64,000 bases of DNA from an uncultured Pseudobdellovibrionaceae bacterium (lineage in GTDB: Bacteria; Bdellovibrionota; FAC87; UBA2466), in assembly GCA_964492125.1 (NCBI GenBank), contig CAZBJE010000003.1, positions 27,788 to 91,787 on the forward strand, written 5' to 3'. A model generated the notes under the pieces. It was not told the DNA's origin, made no database searches, and worked only from the letters and a program-made list of their open reading frames with translations. The translations under genes were made by a program, and so were the position numbers. Shown here one piece after another: positions 29,994 to 42,341 of the stretch (positions are counted from its first letter, which is position 1; the number at the start of each line of letters is the position of its first letter).

Positions 29994-31077
29994 ACTGAGT
30001 ACTCAACTGCACCTGCACCCAATCCAATCCGGACTGGTAGGGGTTACTAGCCAAAACACTCGAGTGAACCCAGCGCACCGATGCGCCGATGCCCGACCGC
30101 CAGTCGGCGGCAAGCGCGGCACCAAATCCAGCGCGGTTCGCATGACCGAAAGCCCGGTCATTGTAAAACGCAGGGGCCGTGTCGGAATCCACTCGAAACC
30201 ATTCAAATTGGGGTGTTAGACGAAGCGTTGCCGACGCATCCCATCCCACTGCTCCAGAAAAGCGCCATCCGACCGATTTGTCGCGGGGCGCTGCGGCATT
30301 TTGGATGAGCGAGGCGTGCAGTTTGGGGTGAAGGTTCCCCACGCGCCCTTGCGCGCCCGCGCTCCACTCAAAGCCAGAAAAGCCATATACGTAGGTGGTT
30401 CCGGCGTCTTGGCCTTGAACCGTGTTGCCCAGAAACTGCGCTTGGTAGGCGGTGGGGCCGGCTAGGTTTTCGAAAAGAAAATGGGAAACGTTGAGCGTCA
30501 CACCCCATTGCTCGGAAGGGCTGTACCCCAGCGCCACACGTTCCATGTAAAAGCCCGGCATTCCCTGCGGCCAATTTCCCCAAGGTTGTAAAGAGGAGGT
30601 ATCCGCCGGCACGGCCTGTTGCGCCTGGATCGATAGAGAAAACGCGCCCCATTTCTGATCGAAGCTTTGCAAGATTGCGGGAAAAGATTGCCGCTGCAAA
30701 AGCAGGGGGGATTCCCAGCGCGCCTGATCGATTGCGCCGCCGACGAGACGCAATGGCGCTATCGGGTTCCAGGTTACTTGGGCTTCGCGAAGGCGCTGGA
30801 TTTGGCGCGCCTGGAAGTCATTTTGGAAACGGGCGCGCGAGGCGCCTGTTTCGAGCTGTACGCTACCGGCTACACGCACCTCCACATTAGGAGCGAGTGG
30901 CTGGGTGAGTGCTGCTTCAATCTCAGTACCGGCGATCCGGCTTTGGTTGTGCTCGCTTTGGGCACCAAAGCCATACAGAGCCAAGCCCAAGCGCAGACTT
31001 TGGGTGGCTGGGATCTCAGCGCCCCAAAGGCAGGCCGGCGCCAGGAACCAGGCAAAAAGGAAGAATTTGGGCTGCAT
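29980..31077 (-). CDS. Outer-membrane beta-barrel protein (C-terminal ...YAVF).
   Basis: Signal peptide MQPKFFLFAWFLAPACLWGA. Alternating amphipathic strands. Terminal aromatic-X-Phe. Confidence 0.5.
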   Translation of the reverse strand: MQPKFFLFAWFLAPACLWGAEIPATQSLRLGLALYGFGAQSEHNQSRIAGTEIEAALTQPLAPNVEVRVAGSVQLETGASRARFQNDFQARQIQRLREAQVTWNPIAPLRLVGGAIDQARWESPLLLQRQSFPAILQSFDQKWGAFSLSIQAQQAVPADTSSLQPWGNWPQGMPGFYMERVALGYSPSEQWGVTLNVSHFLFENLAGPTAYQAQFLGNTVQGQDAGTTYVYGFSGFEWSAGAQGRVGNLHPKLHASLIQNAAAPRDKSVGWRFSGAVGWDASATLRLTPQFEWFRVDSDTAPAFYNDRAFGHANRAGFGAALAADWRSGIGASVRWVHSSVLASNPYQSGLDWVQVQLSTQYAVF

Positions 31078-31165
31078 CGGGGCCGACTATAGTGCAGCGC
31101 GGCCTTTAGCAGTTTCATGGTTAAATTAGGAAATGGTCAGGGCCCGGACCCTTTCGGAAATCCTT

Positions 31166-33706
31166 TTAAACCACAATATTAACCAGGCGATCGGGGACGA
31201 TAATCACCTTTTTTGGTGGTTTGCCTTCCATCGCGGCTCTGACTTTCTCCGAAGCGAGGGCCTGGGCTTCTAACGCTTCTTTGGCAATCCCGCGTTCCAC
31301 TTCGAGTTTGTCGCGTAGCTTGCCGTTTACTTGGACCACGATGGTGAGGGTGGAATCTTGGCAGAGGCTTTCCACATGGGTCGGCCAGTCGGCGCGCGCG
31401 ACGATTTGTTTTTCCCCGAGCCGTTCGCACAGTTCCTCAGCCAAATGCGGAGCATAGGGGGCCAGCGCTTTTAGAAACATCAAAAGCGTTTCGGTCGGCA
31501 GGGTTTTGCTGCCGGTGGCTTCGTTGACGAAAATCATCATCTGGGAAATCGCGGTATTAAACGCGAGTTTTTCGGTGTCTTCCCCCACTTTTTTGATTGT
31601 GCGGTGGAGTGTTTTCCACAGAGCGGGTTCGGAAGCGCCCGGCTCTTTGGTAATTTTGGTCGAGAATTCTCCCGTTTTATCGTCGACTACCAGGCGCCAC
31701 ACCCGCGCCAGAAAGCGCGAAACGCCTTCCACCCCTTCCATGCTCCAGGGTTTGGTTTGCTCTAAAGGCCCCATGAAAAGTTCGTACAGGCGCATGGCGT
31801 CCGCGCCATATTGGTCTACGACGTCATCGGGGCTGACGACGTTGTTCTTGGACTTCGACATTTTTTCGATTTGCGAATGCACGCTGTTGCCGGTGGCTTT
31901 GACCACGGGTTTGCCTTGGCGCTGTTCGATTTCGCTGGGGTGGTAGTACTTGCCGGCGTCATCCCGGAAGCTGGTGCCCAGAATCATCCCTTGGTTGAAA
32001 AGTTTTTGGAACGGCTCCTTGGTGTGCACCAAGCCGCAGTCAAAGAGCACCTTGTGCCAGAAGCGGGAGTACAAGAGATGCAGCACGGCGTGCTCCACCC
32101 CACCGATGTAGAGGTCCACCGGAAGCCAATAATTTTCCGCTTCTTTGGACCAAGCAGCATTGGCGTTCTTGGGATCGGTAAAGCGCAGGTAGTACCAGCA
32201 CGAGCCCGCCCATTGCGGCATCGTATTGGTCTCCCTCAGGCCGGTCCGGCCGTCGGGCAATTTCACTTCACGCCAATCCTTGGGCGCGCGCGCGAGCGGC
32301 GGTTGCCCGTCGGCAGTGGGACGGTATTCGTCGATAATCGGCAATTCCACCGGGAGCGAATCTAAAGGCACGGCAGCCACTCCGCCGTCGGCGGTGTGGA
32401 TCAGCGGAAAAGGCTCGCCCCAATAGCGCTGGCGCGAAAAGAGCCAGTCGCGCAGGCGGTAGGTCACGCGCGGTGTACCGGCACGCTTGGCTTCGAGCCA
32501 CTCGATCATTTTGGTTTGGGCGTCCGCGATTCCCAGGCCATCGAGGAACCCGGAATTTACCAAGGTGCCGGTGCCTGTGTGGGCCGCTTCGGCAACGGGT
32601 TTATCACCGCCGGAAATGACTTCCTTGATTGGCAATTTATGCTGGAGAGCAAACGCGTGATCGCGCTCGTCGTGGCCAGGCACGGCCATCACGGCGCCGG
32701 TGCCGTAGGTCATCAAAACGTAGTCCGCCACCCAGATAGGCAAGCGCTCGCCGGTTACGTGGTGGGCGGCGTATGCGCCGGTAAAAACGCCGCTCTTATC
32801 TTTGGCGAGATCGGTCCGCTGCAGATCGGTTTTGTTGCGAACCTCGGCGAGGTATTTTTCGACTTCGGCTTTGCGTTCGGGCTTCGTGATTACTTTGACC
32901 AGCGGGTGCTCGGGTGCCAGAACGGCGTACGTAACCCCCATAAAAGTGTCTGGGCGGGTAGTGAATACTGCAAAACTTTGAGTCGTGCCTTCAATGGAAA
33001 ATCGGATTTCGGCGCCTAAGGATTTTCCAATCCACTCGCGCTGCATTTCCTTCACACCTTCGGGCCAGTCGAGGGTATCCAGATCCGCGAGCAAACGCTC
33101 AGCGTACACGGGAATCTTGAGCATCCACTGCTTCATTGAGCGGCGCTCCACGGGGTCGCCGGTCTCAACATATTTTCCGTCTTTAACTTCTTCGTTGGCG
33201 AGTACCGTTCCGAGGGCAGGGCACCAGTTTACCGGCACTTCGGCGAGGTACGCCAAGCCCTTCTCATAGAGCTTGAGGAAGATCCACTGTGTCCATCGGT
33301 AGTAGTCCGGATCTGTCGTGCTAAATTCACGACTCCAGTCGTAACTGAAACCGAGCCGTTTGATTTGGCGTCGAAAGTTGTCGACGTTGGTTTTGGTAAT
33401 CTTGGCAGGGTGAATGCCATCGCGCATGGCGGCGCGCTCCGCCGGTAAACCGAACGCGTCCCAGCCCATGGGGTGCAAAACGTTAAAGCCTTTCATTCGC
33501 TTGAAGCGCGCAACCACGTCAGTGGCTGTGTAGCCTTCAGGATGGCCCACATGTAGGCCCGCGCCGGAGGGGTAGGGAAACATGTCTAAAACGTAGAACT
33601 TCGGTTTGCGCGGAAGTTCGGCTGGGTTCAGGGGTAACTCAAAACACTTTTCAGTGTCCCAACGTTTTTGCCATTTCGGTTCAATAGAAGCTGGATCGTA
33701 TTGCAT
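31166..33706 (-). CDS. leuS: Leucyl-tRNA synthetase.
   Basis: [17 protein letters not shown]-terminus plus HVGHPEGY (HIGH-type) and KMSKS motifs. Start at the Met matching the canonical LeuS N-terminus. Confidence 0.9.
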   Translation of the reverse strand: MQYDPASIEPKWQKRWDTEKCFELPLNPAELPRKPKFYVLDMFPYPSGAGLHVGHPEGYTATDVVARFKRMKGFNVLHPMGWDAFGLPAERAAMRDGIHPAKITKTNVDNFRRQIKRLGFSYDWSREFSTTDPDYYRWTQWIFLKLYEKGLAYLAEVPVNWCPALGTVLANEEVKDGKYVETGDPVERRSMKQWMLKIPVYAERLLADLDTLDWPEGVKEMQREWIGKSLGAEIRFSIEGTTQSFAVFTTRPDTFMGVTYAVLAPEHPLVKVITKPERKAEVEKYLAEVRNKTDLQRTDLAKDKSGVFTGAYAAHHVTGERLPIWVADYVLMTYGTGAVMAVPGHDERDHAFALQHKLPIKEVISGGDKPVAEAAHTGTGTLVNSGFLDGLGIADAQTKMIEWLEAKRAGTPRVTYRLRDWLFSRQRYWGEPFPLIHTADGGVAAVPLDSLPVELPIIDEYRPTADGQPPLARAPKDWREVKLPDGRTGLRETNTMPQWAGSCWYYLRFTDPKNANAAWSKEAENYWLPVDLYIGGVEHAVLHLLYSRFWHKVLFDCGLVHTKEPFQKLFNQGMILGTSFRDDAGKYYHPSEIEQRQGKPVVKATGNSVHSQIEKMSKSKNNVVSPDDVVDQYGADAMRLYELFMGPLEQTKPWSMEGVEGVSRFLARVWRLVVDDKTGEFSTKITKEPGASEPALWKTLHRTIKKVGEDTEKLAFNTAISQMMIFVNEATGSKTLPTETLLMFLKALAPYAPHLAEELCERLGEKQIVARADWPTHVESLCQDSTLTIVVQVNGKLRDKLEVERGIAKEALEAQALASEKVRAAMEGKPPKKVIIVPDRLVNIVV

Positions 33707-33793
33707 GGTGCGGTAGTAAAACACGGAAGGCCGCGGGCCGTCTAGCCGAGACGCGATTCCGGACCCTCTCTACGGCGTTCCGCTTGGGAACAC

Positions 33794-35005
33794 TTGTCGC
33801 GTTTCTTGCAGGGCTGCTCCCTCCGGAGGTGTCCTTTGCGCATACTGAAATTATTTTGGATCTTGGCCCTGGTTGGTTGTGGAGAAAAAACAGAGTCCGG
33901 CCCGTCGAACCCATCCGCCGCTCCGCCACCTAGTGTAGCCACCTCGCAAGGCGTCCCACCCTCTGCGGGTCCCATTCCGCCGTTGCGTTCTGCTTCGATG
34001 GTCAAAGCCCAGCTGATCCCTTTGGCCGCGGCCGGAAAATACGAAATAGCCTTGGAGTGGGAAGCCGAGGGTGTTTTCGCCGAAGAATGGTGGGTGCAAA
34101 GAGTGAAGCCGGCCGAAGGCGCGCGCGTGATGGTTCGGCTACCTGCCCAGGCGCGCCGGTTTACGGTGGTCGACGTCGCATTGGGAGTCGATCATGAATA
34201 CCGAGTATTTGCGCATAACGACGGAACCAACGCCGAAATCGGCGCGGTCGCTCTGCACCCTCATCCTGACCGCGTATTTACCAAGGGTGAATATGTCTGG
34301 AAAGGTGGCCAGTATGGCCGGCTGTTTTTTGAATTCGGTTCCATAGTTTGGATCGGGGACGAATTTCCCATGGACTTGGATTTGTTGGAACTGCATTCCG
34401 ATGGCGGGATTATTCGCAACTATTATAACCCCGCAGCTCCGGGCCACGCGGGTTTGTCCAGCGCACCCCTACGCTTGAAGGTTGGGCTAGCTCGCGGGGA
34501 TCTTCAATTGATCACCGATGGCCAAGGCGGGGGCCAAGGGTTGGAAGGGGCGCCCGGCGCGCCCGGTGCCGCGGGAAAAGATGCTTTTGCGGGTCGTTGG
34601 GAGGGGTGGTCGCGGCTGGTGGAAGGGACTTCAGGATTTTACCAGCGCGAGTCTCCGCGCCCGGCCGAACGAGGTTCTGTGGGCGGTGATGGCGAGAAAG
34701 GGGGAATGGGGTGTAGAGGGGGCGATGGGGGCGCCATCACGCTTATCGTCGATAAAAATGCCGGATTCTGGCCGCGCCTCTCTAGTGAGGGAGGACCGGG
34801 TGGCCCCGGGGGCGCGGGCGGAAAGCCAGGACCGGGCGGTCTCGGCGGCAAGGGAGCCGCGGCGGTTCCTGGGGGCGGTCGGGAGTGGCCCGCCGCCGCT
34901 GAAGGCCCGAGCGGAAACCCCGGAACACCCGGAAAGCGGGGCGCCGACGGTAAGACCGGGCGCCAGATCGTGAAGCTGGGCGAGGTGGAATTCCGTCGTC
35001 CCTAG
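33794..35005 (+). CDS. Lipoprotein with a Gly/Pro-rich collagen-like C-terminal region.
   Basis: Lipobox ALVGCG. Start is TTG at 33794 or TTG at 33836 (MRILKLFWILALVGC). C-terminal GAPGAPGAAGKD...GGPGGPGGAGGKPGPGG low-complexity region. Confidence 0.45.
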   Translation: MSRFLQGCSLRRCPLRILKLFWILALVGCGEKTESGPSNPSAAPPPSVATSQGVPPSAGPIPPLRSASMVKAQLIPLAAAGKYEIALEWEAEGVFAEEWWVQRVKPAEGARVMVRLPAQARRFTVVDVALGVDHEYRVFAHNDGTNAEIGAVALHPHPDRVFTKGEYVWKGGQYGRLFFEFGSIVWIGDEFPMDLDLLELHSDGGIIRNYYNPAAPGHAGLSSAPLRLKVGLARGDLQLITDGQGGGQGLEGAPGAPGAAGKDAFAGRWEGWSRLVEGTSGFYQRESPRPAERGSVGGDGEKGGMGCRGGDGGAITLIVDKNAGFWPRLSSEGGPGGPGGAGGKPGPGGLGGKGAAAVPGGGREWPAAAEGPSGNPGTPGKRGADGKTGRQIVKLGEVEFRRP

Positions 35006-38000
35006 CCGCCTACTTTGCCGTGCCCCGCGAAGTCCACCACGTCGCCCCGGGGACTAATGACTTGGAACGTAAAATCGTAGTCTTCCTTTTTGGGTGGCAC
35101 ACCACTGAGTTCTCCCGCCGGTGCGAGCAGAAGCCATTTGGGGCCTGTCAGCATTTTGTAACCGTAGGGCCAATTGCCGAAAACCTTTTTCAGGTTAAAG
35201 GCAAAGAGCTCCCCAGTGTAAGCAGTAGGGATACGAACTGGGTTTTCCTTGGTGGATGGCCGTGGCACGCTACCAGCGATATTCACTTTGACCACCGCCT
35301 CGGCGGGCTCGCGCTGGGCGTCCAATACACGGACAACGATTTGCTGCTCGCCCGCATCCCGGACGGAAGGTTTGCCAAAAATCTGCCCATTGGGTGCCAC
35401 AATCGCCCAGGCGGGTCCGCGCACCTTCTCAAAAGTCAGAGTGGCATTCGGATCGCTGTCGGAGGCAAGGCTGCGCACGCTAGTGCTAAACATTTCGTCC
35501 GCGCGGGTCGTGCCCAGTTCCACGTTTTGGCGCGCCCATTTCGGTGCGTGGTTTTTGTACAGAATTTCGAGCTTAAATGTGGCCGGCGCCGACTTGAGAT
35601 CGTTTGCCACCTCCACCGTCAAAGTGTGTTTGCCGACGTGATCGTCGGTGGGGCTACCGCTAATCGCTCCGGCGGCCGAAATGTTCACCCAATCCGGACC
35701 AGCGGTTTTGGCGAATTTAATCGGCAAACCATCGAGGTCCCGAGCTTCCGCTGCAAGGCTAAGCTTCATCGGTTCCCGTGCTTTTGTTTGGAGTACGATT
35801 TTTTTCTCGTTCCAAACCGGCGGGCGCGGATCGCGATCTACCTGCACTTGCAGCACAGTATCGATGCTCGATTCGGCGTCGGCGATTTTCAAATGGAACG
35901 TGTGCTTACCAATTTGGGCAAAGGCAGGGTTGATCTGAAAACTGCCATTGGGCTCTAGCAGCACCCAGGGCGCGTTCTCTTTGAGGGTGAACGAGAGGCG
36001 GTCGCGATCAATATCAACAACAAAGCCTGGTTCGGCCAAATTCCAACGGCAGGCACCGCGCTCTTTACAAGTAAATACCCGTTCGCCCGCTGCTAAGGTG
36101 GGCGGGTGGTTTTTGGTCTTCACCACAAGAGTAACGGTTTTCGGCGAGGCCACATCGCGGTTGTCGGCGGCGATCACAAAACTAACGGTCCCTGCGTCGG
36201 TATCTTGCGGCTCGGCGGTCAACTCTCCGCTTTGCGAGAGTTTGAGCCAAGGTGGGCTGGATACCAATGCAAAATTAAACGGCTTGCCGTCTAGGTCTTT
36301 CACTTTTCCCGCGAATGAGGTTTTGAAAGGTTCGCGGGTTTGTAGGTTGTACACCAGTTTATCTTCGTTCCATTGCGGGCCGCGCGGGTTGCGCAACACC
36401 GTCAGAACCACCGGCAACTCCACACCGCCTTCTTTGTCTTTTACGCTGACCGTCCAACGGTGCAGACCGATCTGCGCAAATTGGGGCTGCACCGTTAGCG
36501 TGCCGTCCGGCGTGAGTGTGACCCAGTCCGGGGGCGATTTGAGAAAGGTGTAAGTGAGCGCTTCGGCGTCGGGGTCTACTACCGACTCGGATTTGGAAAG
36601 CGAGAGCGTGGCGACTTCCCGCTCCTTAACCGAGGCGTCGAATGGTTTAGCCAGCTGGGGGAGGTAGTTCTTCTTTATGATTTCAAATTGAAACGTGATT
36701 GGCGCGGAGGCTTTGTCGTTAGCAGCCGTGATGACGGCTGCCATTTTGCCGGCGTCAAGGTCCTTGGGTGTTCCGGAAAGTTCGCCTTTGTCCGACACTG
36801 TCAACCAATCAGGGCCACTTACTTTTGTGTAGTGCACCGCAAGACCGTCGAGATCTTTCGCTTGGCCCGCTACCGAGGTTTTAAAAAGTTCGCGGGTCTT
36901 TAAAGCAAAAGGTGCCGGGGCGGCCGAAGTCCAAACGGGAGGCCTCGGGTTGCGGGCCACTGTGACCACCACGGGCAAATCGACGCTGGCCTCGGCGTCC
37001 TTGGCCGAGACGGTAAAACGGTGTTGTCCGATCTGGGCGAACGCTGCTTGAGTGGTGATTTCGCCGTTGGGTGCGAGCGTTACCCAATTGGGTAGTTTAG
37101 CCGCGGAGAAAACGAGCGCTTCGCCGTCGGGATCCACGATGGCGCCGGATTTCGCTAGAGAAACCAAGCCGGTATCGCGTTCCTTTACTGTGGCCTCGAA
37201 TTCCTTCGCGGCGAGTTTGGGAGGGTAATTCTTTTTAGTAATTTGGAACGCAATGCGGGTGCTGGCGGTGGCGCCATCGTTCGTCGCGTTCACGCTGAGA
37301 GTGGCGCTGCCTGCGTCGGTATCAGCTGGGGTGCCGGAGAGTTCCCCTTTTTCGCTGACGGTAACCCAGTCCGGGCCTGTAGCTTTGCTAAATTTGATCG
37401 GCACACCATCTAGATCTTTGGCTTTGCCGGCAAGGCTCGCCTTAAAAGCTTCCCGAGTTTTGAGCGTGAAGGGCGCGAGTTCCGTCCACACCGGCGCGCG
37501 TGGGTTGCGGGTAACGGTAAGTACCACTGGAATATCGACCGACTGCTCTTTGTCTTTGGCGGCCACTGTGAATTTGTGTTGGCCGATTTGGGCGTACAAG
37601 GGAGAAACCGTAAGGCCACCGGCCGGGGTTAGCTGCACCCAGGCCGGTAGTTTGCTGGCGCTAAATTCCAACGTTTCTCCGTCTGGATCGACTACGCTGC
37701 CAGAAGTCGCCACCGACAAAGGGGTGACATCCCGCTCTTTCACGGTCGCGGCAAATTCTTTCACTAATTTAGGAGGGTAATTTTTCTTCACCACTTCCAT
37801 GCGCAGCTTAACGGGCGCTGACTGCAGATCGTTTGCGGCTGCGATTTCGATTTGGGTGGTGCCGGCATCGGTGTCGATCGGGGTCCCACTGAGTTCTCCT
37901 TTTTCGGAGACATTCAACCAAAGCGGACCCGCGACCTTGGAAAAGCGCACGGCGAGACCATCGGCGTCCTTGGCCAGCCCGGCGACAGAGAATTTATAGG

Positions 38001-40638
38001 GCTCGCGTGTTTTTAAAGTCAGTTCAGGGGTGGACTGCCAAACGGGCGGGCGTGGGTTGCGGGCTACTGTGATGGTGACGGGCAATTCCACCGAAGCTTC
38101 CCGGTCGCGTACCGTGACGGTCATTTTATGTTGGCCGATTTGGGCGAATAAGGGTTTCAAAACCAACTCGCCGGCCGAGCTAAGAGTGACCCACGGAGGC
38201 AGTTTTGCGGCGCTAAAAGTAAGGGGCTCGCCGTCGGGGTCCAGGATATTGCCGCTTGTCGCTAGATTAATCGAAGGAGTTTCTCGCTCTTTCACTGCCA
38301 CTTCCAGTGGTTTTGCCAGAGTGGGCGGGTAATTCTTTTTAACGATCTCAAACGTGAGCGTCACGGGCGCGGAGGCTCCGTCGTTAGTGGCACTGATTTC
38401 AACCGTCGGACGGCCCGCATCCAAGTCCGCTGGAGTGCCGGATAGCTCTCCTTTTTCGCTAATATCGATCCACGCAGGCCCGCGCAGCTTCTTAAATGTA
38501 ATAGCGACTCCATCGAGATCGCGCGCGTACTTGGCAATATTGCTCTTAAACGCTTCCCGGGTTTTTAAAGTAACTGCCGGTGGCGGAATCCAGATAGGCG
38601 CTTGCGGATTGCGTAGCACCGTCAGCACAATCGGTACTTCCACTCCCGCTTCCCGATCCCGTGCGGTCACCGAAAACCGATGCACCCCTACTTGGGCAAA
38701 AAGCGGTTTAACCGTAAGCACACCGTCCCCGCTTAGGGTGATCCAACTAGGAAGCTTGGTGGCGCTGAAAACCAGCGTTTCGCCGTCGGGGTCCACTACG
38801 CTGCCGCTAGCCGCAACGGCCAAGGTGGAGACCTCACGTTCTTTGGCCGAGGCCTCGTATGCTTTCGCCAAAGTGGGAACGTAATTCTTTTTGGTAATGT
38901 CGAGCACGACGGTAGTTGGTGCAGAAGCCAAATCGTTCGAGGCGACCAATTCAACCGTCCGTTGTCCGGCGTCGGAATCGGACGGAGTGCCGGAAAGTTC
39001 GCCTTTGTCGGAAACCAAAAGCCATTCCGGTCCCCGCACTTTTCTAATCGTCACGGGTAAGCCATCGGCGTCTTTGACTGCGTTGCCAACCGATGCCTTG
39101 AAGACAACCCGAGTTTGCAGAGCGAAAGCGGGCGTGGTTGACCACATCGGCGGTCGCGGGTTGCGCGTTACGGTGACCACCACGGGCAATTCCACCGCCC
39201 CCTCTCGATCGCGGGCGGTTACGGAAAAACGGTGGACCCCGATTTGTGCAAAGAGCGGCTTGGCAGTCAGTTCGCCGGCCGCGCTGAGTGTTATCCAGGC
39301 GGGAAGTTTGGTCGCGGCATAAGTGAGGGTTTCTTGATCGGTATCGCTGACGACACCCATCTGCGGGATCTGAACCGGAGTGGTTTCTCGCTCTTTTAGA
39401 GAGATCTCCAGCGGCTTTGTTACTACCGGCAAATAGTTCTTTTTCTCGATGGCAAAACGCACCGGCAGTTCGGCGGACAGCAGATCGTTGCGGACTACCA
39501 GAGTGGCCTCGCCTTCTCCCGCATCGCGATCGGTAGGGGTACCGGAGAGTTCCCCTGTGGGGGCGACTGCGAGCCATCCGGGTCCGCGGCCTTTGCTAAA
39601 AGTAAGCGCGATCCCGTCGGGGTCTTTGGCCAGTTTGGCGACAGAGGCGGTGAAAGCCTCGCGGGATTTCATTTTATAGTTTGGCCCCTCTGCCACCCAG
39701 GTGGGCGGGCGGGGATTGCGTTCTACCGTTAAGGTGAAGCTACCGGCCGTGGTGAGCGCGCCGTCGCTCACAGTAAATCCCACGGATTGTACGCCGATAT
39801 CAGCGAAACTGGGTTTGGCGGATACTTCGCCTGCCGCGGTGATGGTGAGCCAGGGCAATGGCTTGGGATTTTTCAACGTGAACGTGAGTTTATCGGTTTC
39901 GTTGCGATCGCTAGCGTAGCGGGAAAGATTGGCGGTGAAGGGTTCTCGTTCGCGCGCCTTGAAGCCGATTTCCGGTTTGAGGGCGGGGGAATAATTTTTC
40001 TGGGCAATCTTGCCTTGGATTTGGAGTGTCGCTTTTTTCTCGCCGTCGCTCACTTCGATGCGAGCCGAGAGATCGCCGTGGCTACCTTCGGGAGGAATCC
40101 CCGCAATTTTGCCCGTCGCAGAAACAGTGAGCCATTCAGGGCCGCGGCTTTTGGAAAAGGTAAGCGCGTCGCGATCGGGGTCGGTTGCCTGGTGCACTAA
40201 ATCGTAAGCCACCGCTTTTTCTTCCAGCATATCGGGGAGGGTGAATTCGCTGGTCGTCCAGGTGGGGGCGCGGTTACCGATGAAGGCTGATACAGGTACG
40301 GCACTAGCCCCTTTGCCATCGCGCGCTTCCAGGCTCCAGGTTTGTGCGCCGCGATCGTTGGGTCCGGGCGTACCGCTGAAGCTGCCGTCGGGAGAAACTT
40401 TGAGCCAAGCGGGCCCGCTGCCGGCAACCATGCGGTAGGTGATCGGATCGTTCTCGGCGTCTTCGGTTTCGTTGGCTGGAACCTTTGCTTCAAAAGCCGC
40501 AGCGCGAAACGCTTCGCCCAGATCAATATTCGAAATTTTCCACCGTGGCGGAGTGTTGACCGGGGTGGGAGCGGGGGGCTGAACGGGAGCCGCCCAAATA
40601 GTTGTCGTCACCAAAATCCAACCCAGTAGATTTCGCAT
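35002..40638 (-). CDS. Giant (1878 aa) secreted surface protein built of tandem Ig-like domains resembling putative Ig (He_PIG) / dystroglycan-type cadherin-like domains.
   Basis: Signal peptide, then about 9 units of a ~190-aa two-domain repeat (RNPRPPVW...KGELSGTP.D.DAG...KKNYPP.LAKP...DPDGE.L.FSA.KLP.W.TL...FAQIGQH.F.V.A.D.E). Confidence 0.7.
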   Translation of the reverse strand: MRNLLGWILVTTTIWAAPVQPPAPTPVNTPPRWKISNIDLGEAFRAAAFEAKVPANETEDAENDPITYRMVAGSGPAWLKVSPDGSFSGTPGPNDRGAQTWSLEARDGKGASAVPVSAFIGNRAPTWTTSEFTLPDMLEEKAVAYDLVHQATDPDRDALTFSKSRGPEWLTVSATGKIAGIPPEGSHGDLSARIEVSDGEKKATLQIQGKIAQKNYSPALKPEIGFKAREREPFTANLSRYASDRNETDKLTFTLKNPKPLPWLTITAAGEVSAKPSFADIGVQSVGFTVSDGALTTAGSFTLTVERNPRPPTWVAEGPNYKMKSREAFTASVAKLAKDPDGIALTFSKGRGPGWLAVAPTGELSGTPTDRDAGEGEATLVVRNDLLSAELPVRFAIEKKNYLPVVTKPLEISLKERETTPVQIPQMGVVSDTDQETLTYAATKLPAWITLSAAGELTAKPLFAQIGVHRFSVTARDREGAVELPVVVTVTRNPRPPMWSTTPAFALQTRVVFKASVGNAVKDADGLPVTIRKVRGPEWLLVSDKGELSGTPSDSDAGQRTVELVASNDLASAPTTVVLDITKKNYVPTLAKAYEASAKEREVSTLAVAASGSVVDPDGETLVFSATKLPSWITLSGDGVLTVKPLFAQVGVHRFSVTARDREAGVEVPIVLTVLRNPQAPIWIPPPAVTLKTREAFKSNIAKYARDLDGVAITFKKLRGPAWIDISEKGELSGTPADLDAGRPTVEISATNDGASAPVTLTFEIVKKNYPPTLAKPLEVAVKERETPSINLATSGNILDPDGEPLTFSAAKLPPWVTLSSAGELVLKPLFAQIGQHKMTVTVRDREASVELPVTITVARNPRPPVWQSTPELTLKTREPYKFSVAGLAKDADGLAVRFSKVAGPLWLNVSEKGELSGTPIDTDAGTTQIEIAAANDLQSAPVKLRMEVVKKNYPPKLVKEFAATVKERDVTPLSVATSGSVVDPDGETLEFSASKLPAWVQLTPAGGLTVSPLYAQIGQHKFTVAAKDKEQSVDIPVVLTVTRNPRAPVWTELAPFTLKTREAFKASLAGKAKDLDGVPIKFSKATGPDWVTVSEKGELSGTPADTDAGSATLSVNATNDGATASTRIAFQITKKNYPPKLAAKEFEATVKERDTGLVSLAKSGAIVDPDGEALVFSAAKLPNWVTLAPNGEITTQAAFAQIGQHRFTVSAKDAEASVDLPVVVTVARNPRPPVWTSAAPAPFALKTRELFKTSVAGQAKDLDGLAVHYTKVSGPDWLTVSDKGELSGTPKDLDAGKMAAVITAANDKASAPITFQFEIIKKNYLPQLAKPFDASVKEREVATLSLSKSESVVDPDAEALTYTFLKSPPDWVTLTPDGTLTVQPQFAQIGLHRWTVSVKDKEGGVELPVVLTVLRNPRGPQWNEDKLVYNLQTREPFKTSFAGKVKDLDGKPFNFALVSSPPWLKLSQSGELTAEPQDTDAGTVSFVIAADNRDVASPKTVTLVVKTKNHPPTLAAGERVFTCKERGACRWNLAEPGFVVDIDRDRLSFTLKENAPWVLLEPNGSFQINPAFAQIGKHTFHLKIADAESSIDTVLQVQVDRDPRPPVWNEKKIVLQTKAREPMKLSLAAEARDLDGLPIKFAKTAGPDWVNISAAGAISGSPTDDHVGKHTLTVEVANDLKSAPATFKLEILYKNHAPKWARQNVELGTTRADEMFSTSVRSLASDSDPNATLTFEKVRGPAWAIVAPNGQIFGKPSVRDAGEQQIVVRVLDAQREPAEAVVKVNIAGSVPRPSTKENPVRIPTAYTGELFAFNLKKVFGNWPYGYKMLTGPKWLLLAPAGELSGVPPKKEDYDFTFQVISPRGDVVDFAGHGKVGG
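35950..39750 (-). repeat. Intragenic tandem DNA repeats (~570-nt unit, about 7-9 copies, diverged) encoding the Ig-like repeat units.
   Basis: Periodic recurrence of RNPRPPVW / KKNYPP / DPDGE motifs in the translation. Approximate boundaries. Confidence 0.55.
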
Positions 40639-40757
40639 CCAGATCCCCCGTTATCCCATTGAAGTTCGATTGCATTATAGCACTAGCGCGGAGCGTCATG
40701 CCTTTGATTTAGCCGGCTGTTATGAAAGCGGTGGGGAAAAATGGAGGCACTTGCATC

Positions 40758-42337
<1,580 letters not shown>

Positions 42338-42341
<4 letters not shown>

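Noticed and set aside
31100-31165. Candidate terminator downstream of leuS (GGTCAGGGCCCGGACC)
   Set aside because: The stem is only about 4 bp plus a GGGCCC self-palindrome with too small a loop and no T-tract. It is not a convincing intrinsic terminator.
31811-33019. 184-aa and 207-aa plus-strand ORFs inside leuS
   Set aside because: Antisense to leuS, with a compositionally biased translation.
33794-35005. Collagen triple-helix protein
   Set aside because: Only about 4 consecutive G-X-Y triplets (GAPGAPGAAGKD). The rest is irregular Gly-rich low complexity. I call it Gly/Pro-rich lipoprotein rather than collagen.
35950-39750. Possible CRISPR-like or IS-like repeat array
   Set aside because: The repeat unit is about 570 nt, diverged, and in-frame protein-coding with no spacer or repeat alternation. 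This is an intragenic domain array, not a CRISPR array or mobile element.
35020-40629. Many 60-312-aa plus-strand ORFs across the Ig-repeat gene region
   Set aside because: All are antisense to the single long repeat ORF. The long open frames are a by-product of repeat composition and high GC.
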